NCBI GenBank assembly: GCA_963740825.1
Contig: CAVUFD010000001.1
Location: 1,665,543 to 1,729,542, forward strand
DNA length: 64,000 nucleotides
Direction: 5' to 3'
Origin: an uncultured Chloroflexia bacterium
Lineage (GTDB): Bacteria > Chloroflexota > Limnocylindria > Limnocylindrales > CSP1-4
In this document: piece by piece, positions 37,310 to 47,017 of the stretch
Layout: the number at the start of each line of letters is the position of its first letter
How positions within the stretch are numbered: the first letter of the stretch is position 1
Notes under the pieces: generated by a model
What the model saw: only the letters and a program-made list of their open reading frames with translations
What the model was told of the DNA's origin: nothing
Databases searched by the model: none
Program-made: the position numbers and the translations under genes

Positions 37310-37411
37310 CGGTCAAGGGTATCGGGCGCGCGCCGCTCAGGGTGATTCGCCGACGGCGGGCGCATCATAGCCACCTGGGGCGTCTGCCCCGAGCTGGCTG
37401 GAGGTTGTGCG

Positions 37412-37483
37412 ATGGACAAGAAGGCGAAGGTGCCCAAGAAGCCGAAGTCCGCCAAGGCAAAAGGCCCCGCGAAGACTGCGTGA
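37412..37483 (+). CDS. lysine-rich micro-protein (23 aa: MDKKAKVPKKPKSAKAKGPAKTA)
   Basis: ATG 7 nt downstream of a GGAGG RBS. Not in the ORF track because it is short. PKK/AKA repeats resemble HU/Hlp-type basic tails. Confidence 0.25.
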   Translation: MDKKAKVPKKPKSAKAKGPAKTA

Positions 37484-37677
37484 CGAGACCCGAGCCCTCG
37501 CGGGCTCGGGTCCCTGTTCTTGCACCACCATCCGCGAGCCCTCGGCTCGGAACCGCCAGTCAGGGTGTGCGGGGCGCCAGGTAGGGTCGCTCGTCGCAAC
37601 TCAGCCGGCTGGGATCGTGGCTCCGGTCGACGGGGTCCACAGCAGCGGGGCCGGCATGTCGGCAGCGTCCCGCGGCA

Positions 37678-37884
37678 TCAGCGCGGGAGCTGCAGCCGGT
37701 TGGAGCCACCCGTGTCGTGCGCGCCGACGACCGGGTGGGCCGTGTTCGGCGCGGTGCGGCTGGTCATGGCCAGCTGGCCGATGCCGGCGACGAGCACGAG
37801 CGCCAGCGCGAGCGTGGCGACGAGCGCGGCGGCGAGCTGCCGGGTTCCCGCGACAGCCTTGGTGGAGCGAGACGATGCGGCCAT
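37678..37884 (-). CDS. small membrane-anchored hypothetical protein (about 68 aa)
   Basis: MAASSRSTKAVAGTRQLAAALVATLALALVLVAGIGQL is a signal-anchor-like helix. Weak support. Confidence 0.2.
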   Translation of the reverse strand: MAASSRSTKAVAGTRQLAAALVATLALALVLVAGIGQLAMTSRTAPNTAHPVVGAHDTGGSNRLQLPR

Positions 37885-38071
37885 TGGGTTGCCCTCCTGT
37901 CGCGCCGGTCCGGACCCGTCGTTGGTGTCCGTTTGATCCCGGCGTCCCTGTCCACCACATCCTCGATTCCGGTCGCGTCCCCGCCATCGGGCAGCCGACA
38001 GGGGCCACGGGAGTTTGTTTCGGCCGATGGGGGTCGAACGACCGATACGGCCCGCGCGTATGCTGCCGCGG

Positions 38072-39181
38072 ATGCGGATCCTGATCGTGGGTGGCGGCAT
38101 CGCGGGCCTCGCGACGGCTCGCGCGTTACGCCTTCGCGGCCTGGACAGCGAGATCGTCGAACGGGACGTCACCTGGAGCATCGCCGGCGCGGGCGTGTAC
38201 ATCCCCGGCAACGGGATGGCCGCGCTGGATCGGCTGGGGCTCGGCGACGCCGTCCGGGCGCACGGCGCGATCGTCGAGCGACGGCGACTGTGCGACGAGC
38301 ACGGGCGACCGTTCATCGACTTCGACGAGGCCGGCTACTGGCACGACGTGGCGGCGCCGATCGCCCTGCATCGCCGAGACCTCCACGACGTCCTCGCCGA
38401 CGGCGCGTCCGGGATCCCAATCCGCTTCGGGACGATGATCCGGTCCCTCGACGACCGGGGTGACACCGTCGACGTCGCCTTCAGCGACGGCACCGACGGG
38501 CACTACGACCTCGTGATCGGCGCCGACGGCATCCACTCGTCGATGCGCACGACGGTGGTGGGTGGTCCGGGCGCGGTGCTCGCGGGCCAGGTGGGCTGGC
38601 GCTATGTCGTCGAGGGGCACCCCGAGATCGCCGGCTGGAACGGCTGGCTGGCGCGCGATCGGGCGTTCCTGGCGCTGGCCATCGGTGGCGGCCGGGTCTA
38701 CTGCTACGCGGACGTGCGGTCGCACGACGCCGTCGATCCCGCCGGCGGCGACCCCTCGCGCCTCGCGGCGCTGCTCGGCCCGTTCACGGATCCCGTGCCG
38801 GCGCTGCTCGCCGAGATGCCGCCGGCGTCCGAGGTGTGGTTCGCGCCGATCGAGGAGGTGCCGCCGACCTGGTCGAAGGGCAGGGTCCAGCTCGTCGGCG
38901 ATGCGGCACACGCGAGCTCGCCGAACATGGCCGAGGGTGCATCCCTCGCCCTCGAGGACGCCCTCGTGCTGGCCGAGCTGCTGTCCTCGGCGACCGGGAT
39001 CGAGGCGGCCCTGTCAGCGTTCCGCGCGCGCCGGGAGCCACGCGTGGCGTGGGTCCAGGAGACGACCCACCGGCGCGACCGGCTCCGCTACTTCCCGCCG
39101 CTGGTGCGCCGCGTCACGATGCGCGTCGCCGGCCACCGGATCTTCAGAACCCACTACCGCCCGCTGCTCGCGCCCCCGTGA
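38072..39181 (+). CDS. FAD-dependent monooxygenase (salicylate/aromatic-ring hydroxylase-like)
   Basis: MRILIVGGGIAGLATA dinucleotide-binding motif. DLVIGADGIHS and GDAAHASSPNMAEGASLALEDA motifs. Confidence 0.8.
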   Translation: MRILIVGGGIAGLATARALRLRGLDSEIVERDVTWSIAGAGVYIPGNGMAALDRLGLGDAVRAHGAIVERRRLCDEHGRPFIDFDEAGYWHDVAAPIALHRRDLHDVLADGASGIPIRFGTMIRSLDDRGDTVDVAFSDGTDGHYDLVIGADGIHSSMRTTVVGGPGAVLAGQVGWRYVVEGHPEIAGWNGWLARDRAFLALAIGGGRVYCYADVRSHDAVDPAGGDPSRLAALLGPFTDPVPALLAEMPPASEVWFAPIEEVPPTWSKGRVQLVGDAAHASSPNMAEGASLALEDALVLAELLSSATGIEAALSAFRARREPRVAWVQETTHRRDRLRYFPPLVRRVTMRVAGHRIFRTHYRPLLAPP

Positions 39182-39211
39182 TCGGCGCGGCGGGTTGATG
39201 CTCCGCGCGCC

Positions 39212-39811
39212 CTATGGGCGGTAGAAGTCGGTGACGACCCGGGTGCGGCCGTGGTCTCGCCAGATGCCGACGCCGGCGTACTTGAAGTGGGAGTTCTTGA
39301 TGTTCTGCCAGTGTCCGCCGCCGGACTTCTTCTCGTGCTGCATCGAGCGGTGGCTCTGCAGGACGGCGTCGTACACGCTGGCGTAGTTGTTGCAGCCGAC
39401 GTTCTCGCCCCACCACGACGGGTGGTAGCCCGCCCTGCGCAGCCGGATGCCCGGGTCGCCGTGGCCGCAGGCGTTCTCGTCGACGAGGTGGCGCGCCCAC
39501 TTGCGGGCGACGTTCGAGATTCCGGCGCTCGACTTCAGCGGTGCGACGTACCTGGAGTATCGGCCGCTGCCGTAGCCGTCGCAGTGGCCGTCCTTCTTCA
39601 CCCAGCCACCAGTCCGCGTGCAATTGACGAGCTTCAGGTAGTAGCTCTCGACGCTCTCCCACTTGGCCTCGAGTGCCATCGTCGGTGCCGGTGACGCGGC
39701 CGACAGCGCGAAGCCGAAGATTGAGGCGAGCATCGCGGAGGCGATGACGACCGCGACTCGCGTCTGGAGTGACACCCGCTGGGTGCCGATTCGAACCTGT
39801 CCCACGATCAT
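39212..39811 (-). CDS. CAP domain (SCP/PR-1-like) secreted protein
   Basis: Internal ATG with signal peptide VAVVIASAMLASIFGFALSAASPA. HFKYAGVGIW, Cys-rich. GC is noticeably lower than in flanking genes. Confidence 0.7.
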   Translation of the reverse strand: MIVGQVRIGTQRVSLQTRVAVVIASAMLASIFGFALSAASPAPTMALEAKWESVESYYLKLVNCTRTGGWVKKDGHCDGYGSGRYSRYVAPLKSSAGISNVARKWARHLVDENACGHGDPGIRLRRAGYHPSWWGENVGCNNYASVYDAVLQSHRSMQHEKKSGGGHWQNIKNSHFKYAGVGIWRDHGRTRVVTDFYRP

Positions 39812-40154
39812 TCCTCTCTGCCAGGACGACGCGGGGACGACCCGCGTCGGCGATGTCCAGCCACCTGTCGGGATGGCCGCGCGACCCCCGGGGTCGGCCA
39901 AGACCTTAGTGCAAGAGCCGCGATCCTGGCCACCGGACGGACGTACCGGGGCCGGCATAGCGCTCTCGACGGGGCATCGTCGAATGTCGATGGAGGGCGC
40001 GACGTTCGACCGACGACAGCGTCGCCGGCGCCCGTCACCATGGCGGCTCGAGCGATCGCGGTCCCGGCATCCACCGCGGGCCAAGGTCGCCGCGATCCGA
40101 TCGCGACGACGCAATGCCACCGCTCCAGCAAGCTCATCGCACGGGGGCATCGCC

Positions 40155-40667
40155 ATGCTCGAGACCATCGACGACAGCCAGCTCCGCGCCGCCCTGGTCC
40201 GGCACCTGCGCTACGAGGGCAACGACCGGGACAAGGCGCACGAGATCTACACCGAGGACGCGGTGCTCGAGTTCCCCCAGTCGGGCGAGCGTTTCGTCGG
40301 CCGGGACACGTTCCGCGCCTGGCGCGACCGCTACCCGGCCAGGACCGAGTTCCGGATCCGCCGGCTGACGGGCCACGGCCCGTTCTGGTCCGCGGAGCTG
40401 CTCGTCTCGTACGACGGCGCTCCGCCGATGTTCGGCGTCGGCCTGTACGAGTTCCGCGGCGACGAGGTCGTGCGCGAGATCGTGTACGGCATGGAGCCGT
40501 GGGAGGCCCCCGCGTGGCGGGCTCCATGGAACACGGAGTTCGACCCGCTCGCTTCGATCGCCCCGTCCGAGTTCCGCGAAGGCGAGCCGTTCGGGCTGGA
40601 CGCCCAGCGCGGGGCTTCGACCTCGGAGCCGGCAGCCGAGGCCTCATCGGCCTCGGTTCGCCTGTAG
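40155..40667 (+). CDS. SnoaL-like / NTF2-fold protein
   Basis: MLETIDDSQLRAALVRHLRYEGNDRDKAHEIYTEDAVLEFPQSGERFVGRD is typical of ketosteroid-isomerase-like NTF2 proteins. Confidence 0.65.
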   Translation: MLETIDDSQLRAALVRHLRYEGNDRDKAHEIYTEDAVLEFPQSGERFVGRDTFRAWRDRYPARTEFRIRRLTGHGPFWSAELLVSYDGAPPMFGVGLYEFRGDEVVREIVYGMEPWEAPAWRAPWNTEFDPLASIAPSEFREGEPFGLDAQRGASTSEPAAEASSASVRL

Positions 40668-40691
40668 CCCGCCGGCCAAGCGCCTGGGCCG

Positions 40692-40958
40692 CTACCCGCC
40701 TCGCTTCGTCTCGGCGTCCGCCTCGGCCGCCTGGCTCGCGCGATGCGCGGCGAGGTCCTGTTTGGCCTTGCGATCGACGAACGGGATCAGGAACGGCAGC
40801 ATGCACAGCCCGCCGATCAGGAGCGGCACGAACAGGATCGCGAGGTCGTGGAGCGAGGTCGGCAGCGCCACCAGCGAGACGAGCTGCGCGCCGATCGCGT
40901 ACCCCACCGCCCCGGCCGGCAGCGCGAGGACGAGCAGGATCACGGGCAGGTGCCGCAT
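40692..40958 (-). CDS. small membrane protein (2 TM)
   Basis: 88-aa ORF with ATG start. Two hydrophobic helices and a charged C-terminus. Confidence 0.4.
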   Translation of the reverse strand: MRHLPVILLVLALPAGAVGYAIGAQLVSLVALPTSLHDLAILFVPLLIGGLCMLPFLIPFVDRKAKQDLAAHRASQAAEADAETKRGG

Positions 40959-40964
40959 CGCCGG

Positions 40965-43028
40965 CTACGCCCGCCCCAGCATCAGCTCGAGGAACGCGAG
41001 CACGTCCGAGCGCTCGTCGATCAGCTTGGACACCGGCTTGCCCATCCCATGGCCCGCGTCCGTGTCGATGCGGATCAGGATCGGACCGTCCCCCGCCTGG
41101 GCCGCCTGCAGGGCCGCCGCGAACTTGAACGAGTGGGCCGGCACGACCCGGTCGTCGTGGTCGCCGGTCGTGATCAGGGTCGGCGGGTACTCGACCCCGG
41201 CCTTGCAGTTGTGGAGGGGCGAGTAGCGCAGCAGCGTGCGGAACTCCACCGGGTCCTCGGGCGAGCCGTAGTCGCTGGTCCAGCCCCAGCCGATCGTGAA
41301 CTGGTGGAACCGGAGCATGTCCATCACGCCGACCTCGGCGATCGCCGCGCCGAACAGCTCCGGGCGCTGGGTGATGCTGGCGCCGACCAGCAGGCCGCCG
41401 TTCGACCGGCCGCTGATCCCGATCCGATCCTCGCGCGTCCAGCCCGACGTCGCCAGCCAGCGGGCGCAGGCCGCGAAGTCGTCGAACACGTTCTGCTTGT
41501 TCGCGAGACGCCCGGCGTCGTGCCAGCCCTTGCCGTACTCCGAGCCACCGCGCAGCGAGGCGACCGCGAGCAGCCCGCCCCGCTCCATCCACGCCAGCCA
41601 CTCGGGCTTGAACCCGGGGCCGGTCGCGATCTGGAACCCGCCGTAGCCGTAGAGCAATGTCGGCACGTCGCCAGTCGGTGCGAGGTCCCGCCGTCGGGAC
41701 AGGAACAGCGGCACTCGCGTGCCGTCGTCCGAGGTGACGAAGACCTGCTCGGTGGCGTAGTCGTCCGGATCCCAGGCGAGCCTTCGCGCGCCGACCGGAC
41801 GAACCGAGCCGTCCGCGACCGTCACCGCGAGGACCGTGCTCGGGGCGCGGAAGCTGACGACGCCGAGGTACAGCTCGGGATCGTCGCGCCGCCCGGCGAG
41901 GTCGTTGACCATGCCGATGCCCGGCAGCTCGACGTCGATCGCGTGCCGGCCGTCGAGCTCGAACAGGACGAGCCTGTGGCTAGCGTGGTGCAGGTACAGC
42001 GCCGCGAGCCGGTTCCCGACCAGGGCCACGTGCTCGAGGGCGTCCTCGCCCTGTGGGATGACCTCGCGAACGCGCGTCGGCTCGTCGACGTCGACGGCGA
42101 TCATCCGGTGGAGGGGCGCGTCCCGGTCGGTCAGCACGAACAGCTCGCGGCCGACCCCGGCGACGACGTCGTAGTGGGCATCGGCCGTGTCCAGCAGGGG
42201 CCGGACCGCCGCGAGCTCGATGCCGTTCGCGAGGTCCGCGACGAAGATCCGGGTCTCGGGATCGGTCCCGCGCTCGACGGTGACGACCAGCAGCGAGCCG
42301 TCCTCCGACACCTGGGGATCGAACAGCCACTCGGGCTCGTGCGGTGTCGCGAACACGACGAGGTCGTCGGCGGCGTCGGTCCCGATCCGGTGGTAGCACA
42401 GCGCCAGGTCGCGGTTCGGCGCGTCGTACGCGGCGCCGGCCGGCGGCTCGGGGTATCGGCCATAGAAGAAGCCGGCGTCGTCGTGGGTCCAGGCAGCCCG
42501 GGTGAACTTGCTCCACGGCAGGCGATCGGGCAGCGGCTCGCCGGTCGCGGCGCGGCGCACGGTCCAGGTCCGCCAGTCCGACCCGGCGTCGCTGATCGCG
42601 CACGCGACGAGCTCGCCACTCTCGCTGACCTCGATCGCGGACAGCGTCGTCGTGCCCTGCGCGCTGAGGCGGTTCGGGTCGAGGAGCACGGTCCCCTCCC
42701 CGTCGGGGGCGTCGGCGGTCCACAGCACGTCCTGGTCCTGGAGGCCGGTGTTCCGGAGCCGGAACCAGCGGTCCCCGCGGCGCCAGGGCGCGCCGGCCCT
42801 CGGGTAGTCCCACAACGCGGCCAGCCGCGAGCGGATCCCGCCCCGCGCCGGGAAGGCCCCGAGGACGCGCTCGGTCAGCTCGTTCTGGGCCTCGATCCAG
42901 GCGCGCGACGCCGGCGTGTCGCTGTCCTCGAGGGGTCGGTACGGGTCGGCGATCCGCGTGCCGTGGTAATCGTCGACCTGGTCGGTCGTCGGGGGCTCGG
43001 GATAGGTCAGCCTGGCCATGGCCGCCAT
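40965..43028 (-). CDS. prolyl oligopeptidase family serine peptidase (S9A)
   Basis: N-terminal YPEPPTTDQVDDYHGTRIADPYRPLED. C-terminal GRSNGGLLVGA nucleophile motif. Confidence 0.85.
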   Translation of the reverse strand: MAAMARLTYPEPPTTDQVDDYHGTRIADPYRPLEDSDTPASRAWIEAQNELTERVLGAFPARGGIRSRLAALWDYPRAGAPWRRGDRWFRLRNTGLQDQDVLWTADAPDGEGTVLLDPNRLSAQGTTTLSAIEVSESGELVACAISDAGSDWRTWTVRRAATGEPLPDRLPWSKFTRAAWTHDDAGFFYGRYPEPPAGAAYDAPNRDLALCYHRIGTDAADDLVVFATPHEPEWLFDPQVSEDGSLLVVTVERGTDPETRIFVADLANGIELAAVRPLLDTADAHYDVVAGVGRELFVLTDRDAPLHRMIAVDVDEPTRVREVIPQGEDALEHVALVGNRLAALYLHHASHRLVLFELDGRHAIDVELPGIGMVNDLAGRRDDPELYLGVVSFRAPSTVLAVTVADGSVRPVGARRLAWDPDDYATEQVFVTSDDGTRVPLFLSRRRDLAPTGDVPTLLYGYGGFQIATGPGFKPEWLAWMERGGLLAVASLRGGSEYGKGWHDAGRLANKQNVFDDFAACARWLATSGWTREDRIGISGRSNGGLLVGASITQRPELFGAAIAEVGVMDMLRFHQFTIGWGWTSDYGSPEDPVEFRTLLRYSPLHNCKAGVEYPPTLITTGDHDDRVVPAHSFKFAAALQAAQAGDGPILIRIDTDAGHGMGKPVSKLIDERSDVLAFLELMLGRA

Positions 43029-43062
43029 CGTACGGGCTTCGGCCACGCCGCGGCCGGCCGGG

Positions 43063-44040
43063 TCAGACCGTGATGACGACCTTGCCCTGGGAGCGGCGTT
43101 CGTCCACATAGCGCAGGGCGTCGACCACCCCGGCGAGCGGGTAGGTCCGGTCGATGGCCGGCTTGACCTTGCCCGCGGCGAACAGCTCCTGGAGCGTCGC
43201 GACGTCGGCGGGGTCGAATGGCTTCCAGGCGAGCAGCAGGCCCATGTGCCGGCTGCCCGCCAGCGTGATCAGCGGCCCGAGCACGAGGGCACCGAGGATC
43301 GGCAGCGCCGGGCCGCCGAGGGTCACGTAGACGCCCCTGGACCGGAGCGCACGCCGGTTGCGCAGGATCGAGTGGTGGGAATCGGTGTCCAGGATCCAGT
43401 CCCAGCGTTCGCCGATCGCGGTGTAGTCGACGGCCGTGTAGTCCAGCACGTGGTCCGCGCCGAGCGAGCGCACGAAGTCGAGCTTGCCCGTGCTGCACAC
43501 GCCGGTGACCTCGGCGCCCCGGCTCTTGGCGATCTGGACCGCGAACGGGCCGACGTTGCCCGATGCGCCGACGATCAGCACCTTGTCGCCCGGGCCCACC
43601 ATGCGGCCACCCATGCGCAGACCCTGGAGCGCGAGGATCGCGGCGTGCGGGAATGTCGCCGCCTCCTCGAACGTCATCCCGCCCCCGATCGGCGCGAGCG
43701 CGCGCTCGCGCACGCACACGTACTCCGCGAACGAGCCCTGCCCGTGGACGAACAGGTCGCCGAACACCTCGTCGCCCGGGTGGAACCGGTTGACGCTCGG
43801 CCCGACCTCCTCGACCACTCCGGCCACGTCCGCGCCGATCCGGTGGTTGCGCGGCCGGCGCAGGCCCATGTACAGCCGCGTGAACGCCGGCTTCGCATAC
43901 AGCACGTCGAGGTCGGCGCGATTGACGGACGCGGCACGCACCCGGACCAGGACCTGGTCGCCGGTCGGCGTGGGGCGATCGATGTCGCGAAGCTCGACGA
44001 CGTCGGGTGAGCCGTAACGGTCGCGGATGGCGGCCTGCAT
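43063..44040 (-). CDS. MDR-family NAD(P)H quinone oxidoreductase / zinc-binding dehydrogenase
   Basis: MQAAIRDRYGSPDVVELRDIDRP...VLIVGASGNVGPFAVQIAK. Confidence 0.85.
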   Translation of the reverse strand: MQAAIRDRYGSPDVVELRDIDRPTPTGDQVLVRVRAASVNRADLDVLYAKPAFTRLYMGLRRPRNHRIGADVAGVVEEVGPSVNRFHPGDEVFGDLFVHGQGSFAEYVCVRERALAPIGGGMTFEEAATFPHAAILALQGLRMGGRMVGPGDKVLIVGASGNVGPFAVQIAKSRGAEVTGVCSTGKLDFVRSLGADHVLDYTAVDYTAIGERWDWILDTDSHHSILRNRRALRSRGVYVTLGGPALPILGALVLGPLITLAGSRHMGLLLAWKPFDPADVATLQELFAAGKVKPAIDRTYPLAGVVDALRYVDERRSQGKVVITV

Positions 44041-44089
44041 CGGACAAGCCTACTTGCGTTTGGTCGCCGATTCGGGCCCAGTGGGCACG

Positions 44090-45379
44090 CTACGGCGTCG
44101 CGGCCGCGCCGGCTGTCACACGAGGTTCGGCGGTCGAGCTGGGGCTGAGCGCCGGCAGGAACAGGCCGATCAACCCCGGCACGGCGACCAGCAGCGCGCT
44201 GAGCGCGAGGGCTGGGGTGAGGTCGCCGCCCGCGAGCAGCAGGCCGGCGAGCACCGCGCCGATCGGGCGGGTCGACTGCATCAGCGTCCGAAGCAGCGCG
44301 AACACCCGGCCGCGGAGTTCCGGCGGGATAAGCCGCATCCGGATCGTCTGGGCCCACGGGGTGAGCGAGGACTCGGCGAGGCCCGAGGCCGCGAGCACCA
44401 GCAGGATCAGCGGCAGCTGCGGCCGGAGCAGCAGCAGCGACAGGATCAGGCCGCTGACGAGCGCCGCCGCGGCGATCGAGCGGCCGAGCGCCCAGGGCCA
44501 GTCGACCGCGCCGATGACGAGCAGGCCGATCAGCTCGCCCGCCGTCAGTGCGCTCAGCAGCAGGCCGTAGGTCGCCGGCCCGCCGCCGAGGACATCGAGG
44601 GCATACACCGGGATGACCACCAGCGAGATGCCGCCGCTGATGTTGAGGCACATGTACATCACGGTCGTCGCGACGATCGCGGGCGCCCCGAGGATGAACC
44701 GGATCGCCGGCCGGATCCCCTTGCCGACCGGCGCCTCCTGCACCTCGTCGGCCTCGTCGCCGTCGCCGTCGGATGCGCTCCGGGCCGGCACGACCTGGCC
44801 GCCGCTGCGCATCGCGAGCAGGCAGCCGACGAAGACGGCGTAGGTCGCGGCGTCGATCGCGAGCACCAGCGGCGCCCCCAGCACGGCGATCACGACGCCC
44901 GCGAGCGCCGGCCCGACGAGCCCGGCGATGCCGTACGAGATGGACTCCATGGCGTTGGCGGTGATGAGGTCCGACTCGTCGACGAGGGCCGGGATCAGGC
45001 TCGGGATCCCGGCGATGCTGGTCATGTACAGCAGGCCGTAGATCGCGGCGACGACGAACAGGTGCGCGGTGGTGAGGACGCCCAGGGCGGCGGCGAGGGG
45101 CACGCTTGCGATCGCCAGGCCGCGGATGACGTTGTCCGCGGCGAGCACCCTTCGGCGGTCGAACCGGTCCAGGATCACGCCGGCGGCGACGCCGCCCACG
45201 ACGACCGGCGCCGTGTAGATCGCGGCCAGCCAGCCCACCTCGGCCGGCGACCCGCCGCGCTCGATCACCAGCCACACGAGCGCGACGAACGACATGCCGT
45301 CGCCGAGCGCGGACACGGTCGCACCGCCCCACAGGAGGGCGAAGTCGCGCTTGCGAAGGAGGTGGCGGTAGCGGTTCAT
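44090..45379 (-). CDS. MFS transporter
   Basis: 12 predicted TM helices and a DRFDRRRV-type MFS loop motif. Confidence 0.85.
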   Translation of the reverse strand: MNRYRHLLRKRDFALLWGGATVSALGDGMSFVALVWLVIERGGSPAEVGWLAAIYTAPVVVGGVAAGVILDRFDRRRVLAADNVIRGLAIASVPLAAALGVLTTAHLFVVAAIYGLLYMTSIAGIPSLIPALVDESDLITANAMESISYGIAGLVGPALAGVVIAVLGAPLVLAIDAATYAVFVGCLLAMRSGGQVVPARSASDGDGDEADEVQEAPVGKGIRPAIRFILGAPAIVATTVMYMCLNISGGISLVVIPVYALDVLGGGPATYGLLLSALTAGELIGLLVIGAVDWPWALGRSIAAAALVSGLILSLLLLRPQLPLILLVLAASGLAESSLTPWAQTIRMRLIPPELRGRVFALLRTLMQSTRPIGAVLAGLLLAGGDLTPALALSALLVAVPGLIGLFLPALSPSSTAEPRVTAGAAATP

Positions 45380-45451
45380 CGACGTCTGTCAATCCCAACA
45401 CCCGAACCGCGGATCCGGTTGCACGCGAAGCGGCGGTCCGGCTGCCCGCGG

Positions 45452-45607
45452 CTAGAGGACGTCGGTGTAGTAGGTCAGGACCGACGTCACCCACACCACC
45501 ACGAACGCGAAGGCGGCATAGCGCCCGAGGGTCGTCCAGCCATCGGTTCGGCGGGTCCGCTTGACGGGCGTGGACGGGTGCTCAGCGGGAATCGTCGGCG
45601 ACGCCAT
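45452..45607 (-). CDS. small membrane protein (51 aa)
   Basis: MASPTIPAEHPSTPVKRTRRTDGWTTLGRYAAFAFVVVWVTSVLTYYTDVL with a single C-terminal TM helix. Confidence 0.3.
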   Translation of the reverse strand: MASPTIPAEHPSTPVKRTRRTDGWTTLGRYAAFAFVVVWVTSVLTYYTDVL

Positions 45608-45812
45608 CGTTCCTCCGCCGGTTCGTCGCCACCGTCGCGGCCTGGCCGCTGCGTCTCCGGGGCGCGCCCGTGCCCGATCGAGTCTGCCCCGCCCACCGGT
45701 TCGGCGACAAGGCGTCACGCGAGGTCGCGTGGGGCATACCATCCGTCGGGCCCGCCGCACGCCGCTCGCCCGCGGCCCGTCAGCAGCGAGCCGAGCGCCC
45801 GGAGGCCGAGGG

Positions 45813-46022
45813 TTGAGCAACAAGCACCAAACCGAGAGCAGTCACTCGCACGACCAGAAGCGCAAGGCTCACGACCGCAAGATGCGCGAGTACGAGGAGC
45901 GCACGGACGCGTCCAATCCATGGCACCAGTCGAAGAACGCCCGGATCGGCATGGGGGTGGTCGCGGTCATCGCGGTCGTGTCGATCTCGCTGCTGTTCAT
46001 CGCCGGGGTGATCCGGTGGTAG
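45813..46022 (+). CDS. small tail-anchored hypothetical protein
   Basis: Lower-GC stretch. TTG or downstream ATG start. Basic N-terminus (HDQKRKAHDRKMREYEER) and C-terminal TM (GMGVVAVIAVVSISLLFIAGVI). Confidence 0.3.
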   Translation: MSNKHQTESSHSHDQKRKAHDRKMREYEERTDASNPWHQSKNARIGMGVVAVIAVVSISLLFIAGVIRW

Positions 46023-46045
46023 TCGACGGGGCGGGCGAGTGCACC

Positions 46046-46954
46046 TCACCCCGCTGAGAGGCCGAGCAACCCCGCGACCCGTTCGAGCTGCTCGGTGCCC
46101 TCGGCGACCGTGCCGGCGAACAGCACCTGGTCGGCGCCCGCCCGCTCGTACGCCTTGATCCCGTCGAGCAGCTGGGCATCGGACCCGAACAGCACGCCCC
46201 CGCGCACGGCGGCATCCTCCTCCCGGCCGTATCGCTCGTCGAGCTCGCGCTCGTCCCGCACCAGCCCGAGATGCGCGGACCGCCGGATGGCGCCAGGGTC
46301 CCGGCCCACCTGCGCCGCCTCGCGCTCGAGCACCCCGACCTTGTGCGCGAACGCCTCCGCCGTCGGGCCGAGGGGCGCGTCCCAGCCGTCGGCGACGCGG
46401 GCCGCCAGCGGGATGACCCGCTTCTCGCCGAGGCCGCCGACCCATACCGGGACGTGCTCCTGGACCGGCCGCATGCCCACCGAGGCGTCATGGAGCTGGA
46501 AGTGGCGGCCCTCGAAGTTGAAGCGCTCGTTGTGCAGCAGACCGGCAAGGCACTCGACGCCTTCGGCCAGGATGTCCATGCGTTCGCGCAGCTCGGGGAA
46601 CGGGAGGCCATAGGAGTCGTACTCGGGCTTGGCCCAGCCGGCGCCCAGCGACGCCTCCGCGCGGCCCCCCGACAGCTGGTCGATGGTCGCGATGGCGTTG
46701 GCCAGGACCGCCGGCCGCCGGTAGCCCACGGAGTACACGAGCACGCCGATGCGCACGCGAGACGTCACCATCGCGAGCGCCGAGTGGCTGGCGACGGAGT
46801 CGTAGGAGCCCGCTCCCTCGCTGCCGCTGATCGGATAGAAGTGGTCCCACACGGAGATCCAGCCGAAGCCCAGCGACTCGACCGTCCGCCAGAAGTCGAG
46901 GACGTGCTCGATCGGCGAGCCCTCGGTTCCCGCGTGCACCCCGTAGCGCGTCAT
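46046..46954 (-). CDS. LLM class F420-dependent oxidoreductase (luciferase-like monooxygenase)
   Basis: Luciferase-like TIM-barrel motifs (MTRYGVHAGTEGSPIEHVLDFWRTVESLGFGWISVWDHF). Confidence 0.85.
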   Translation of the reverse strand: MTRYGVHAGTEGSPIEHVLDFWRTVESLGFGWISVWDHFYPISGSEGAGSYDSVASHSALAMVTSRVRIGVLVYSVGYRRPAVLANAIATIDQLSGGRAEASLGAGWAKPEYDSYGLPFPELRERMDILAEGVECLAGLLHNERFNFEGRHFQLHDASVGMRPVQEHVPVWVGGLGEKRVIPLAARVADGWDAPLGPTAEAFAHKVGVLEREAAQVGRDPGAIRRSAHLGLVRDERELDERYGREEDAAVRGGVLFGSDAQLLDGIKAYERAGADQVLFAGTVAEGTEQLERVAGLLGLSAG

Positions 46955-47017
46955 GTCGCTTCCCGTCCGTCAGCCGCCGGACGCAAGCGTAGGATGCCCC
47001 GCACTGGAGGGTCGCTC

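Noticed and set aside
40743-43073. 776-aa plus-strand ORF antisense to the prolyl oligopeptidase
   Set aside because: Antisense GC-frame artefact. The POP gene on the minus strand has a canonical N-terminus and catalytic motifs.
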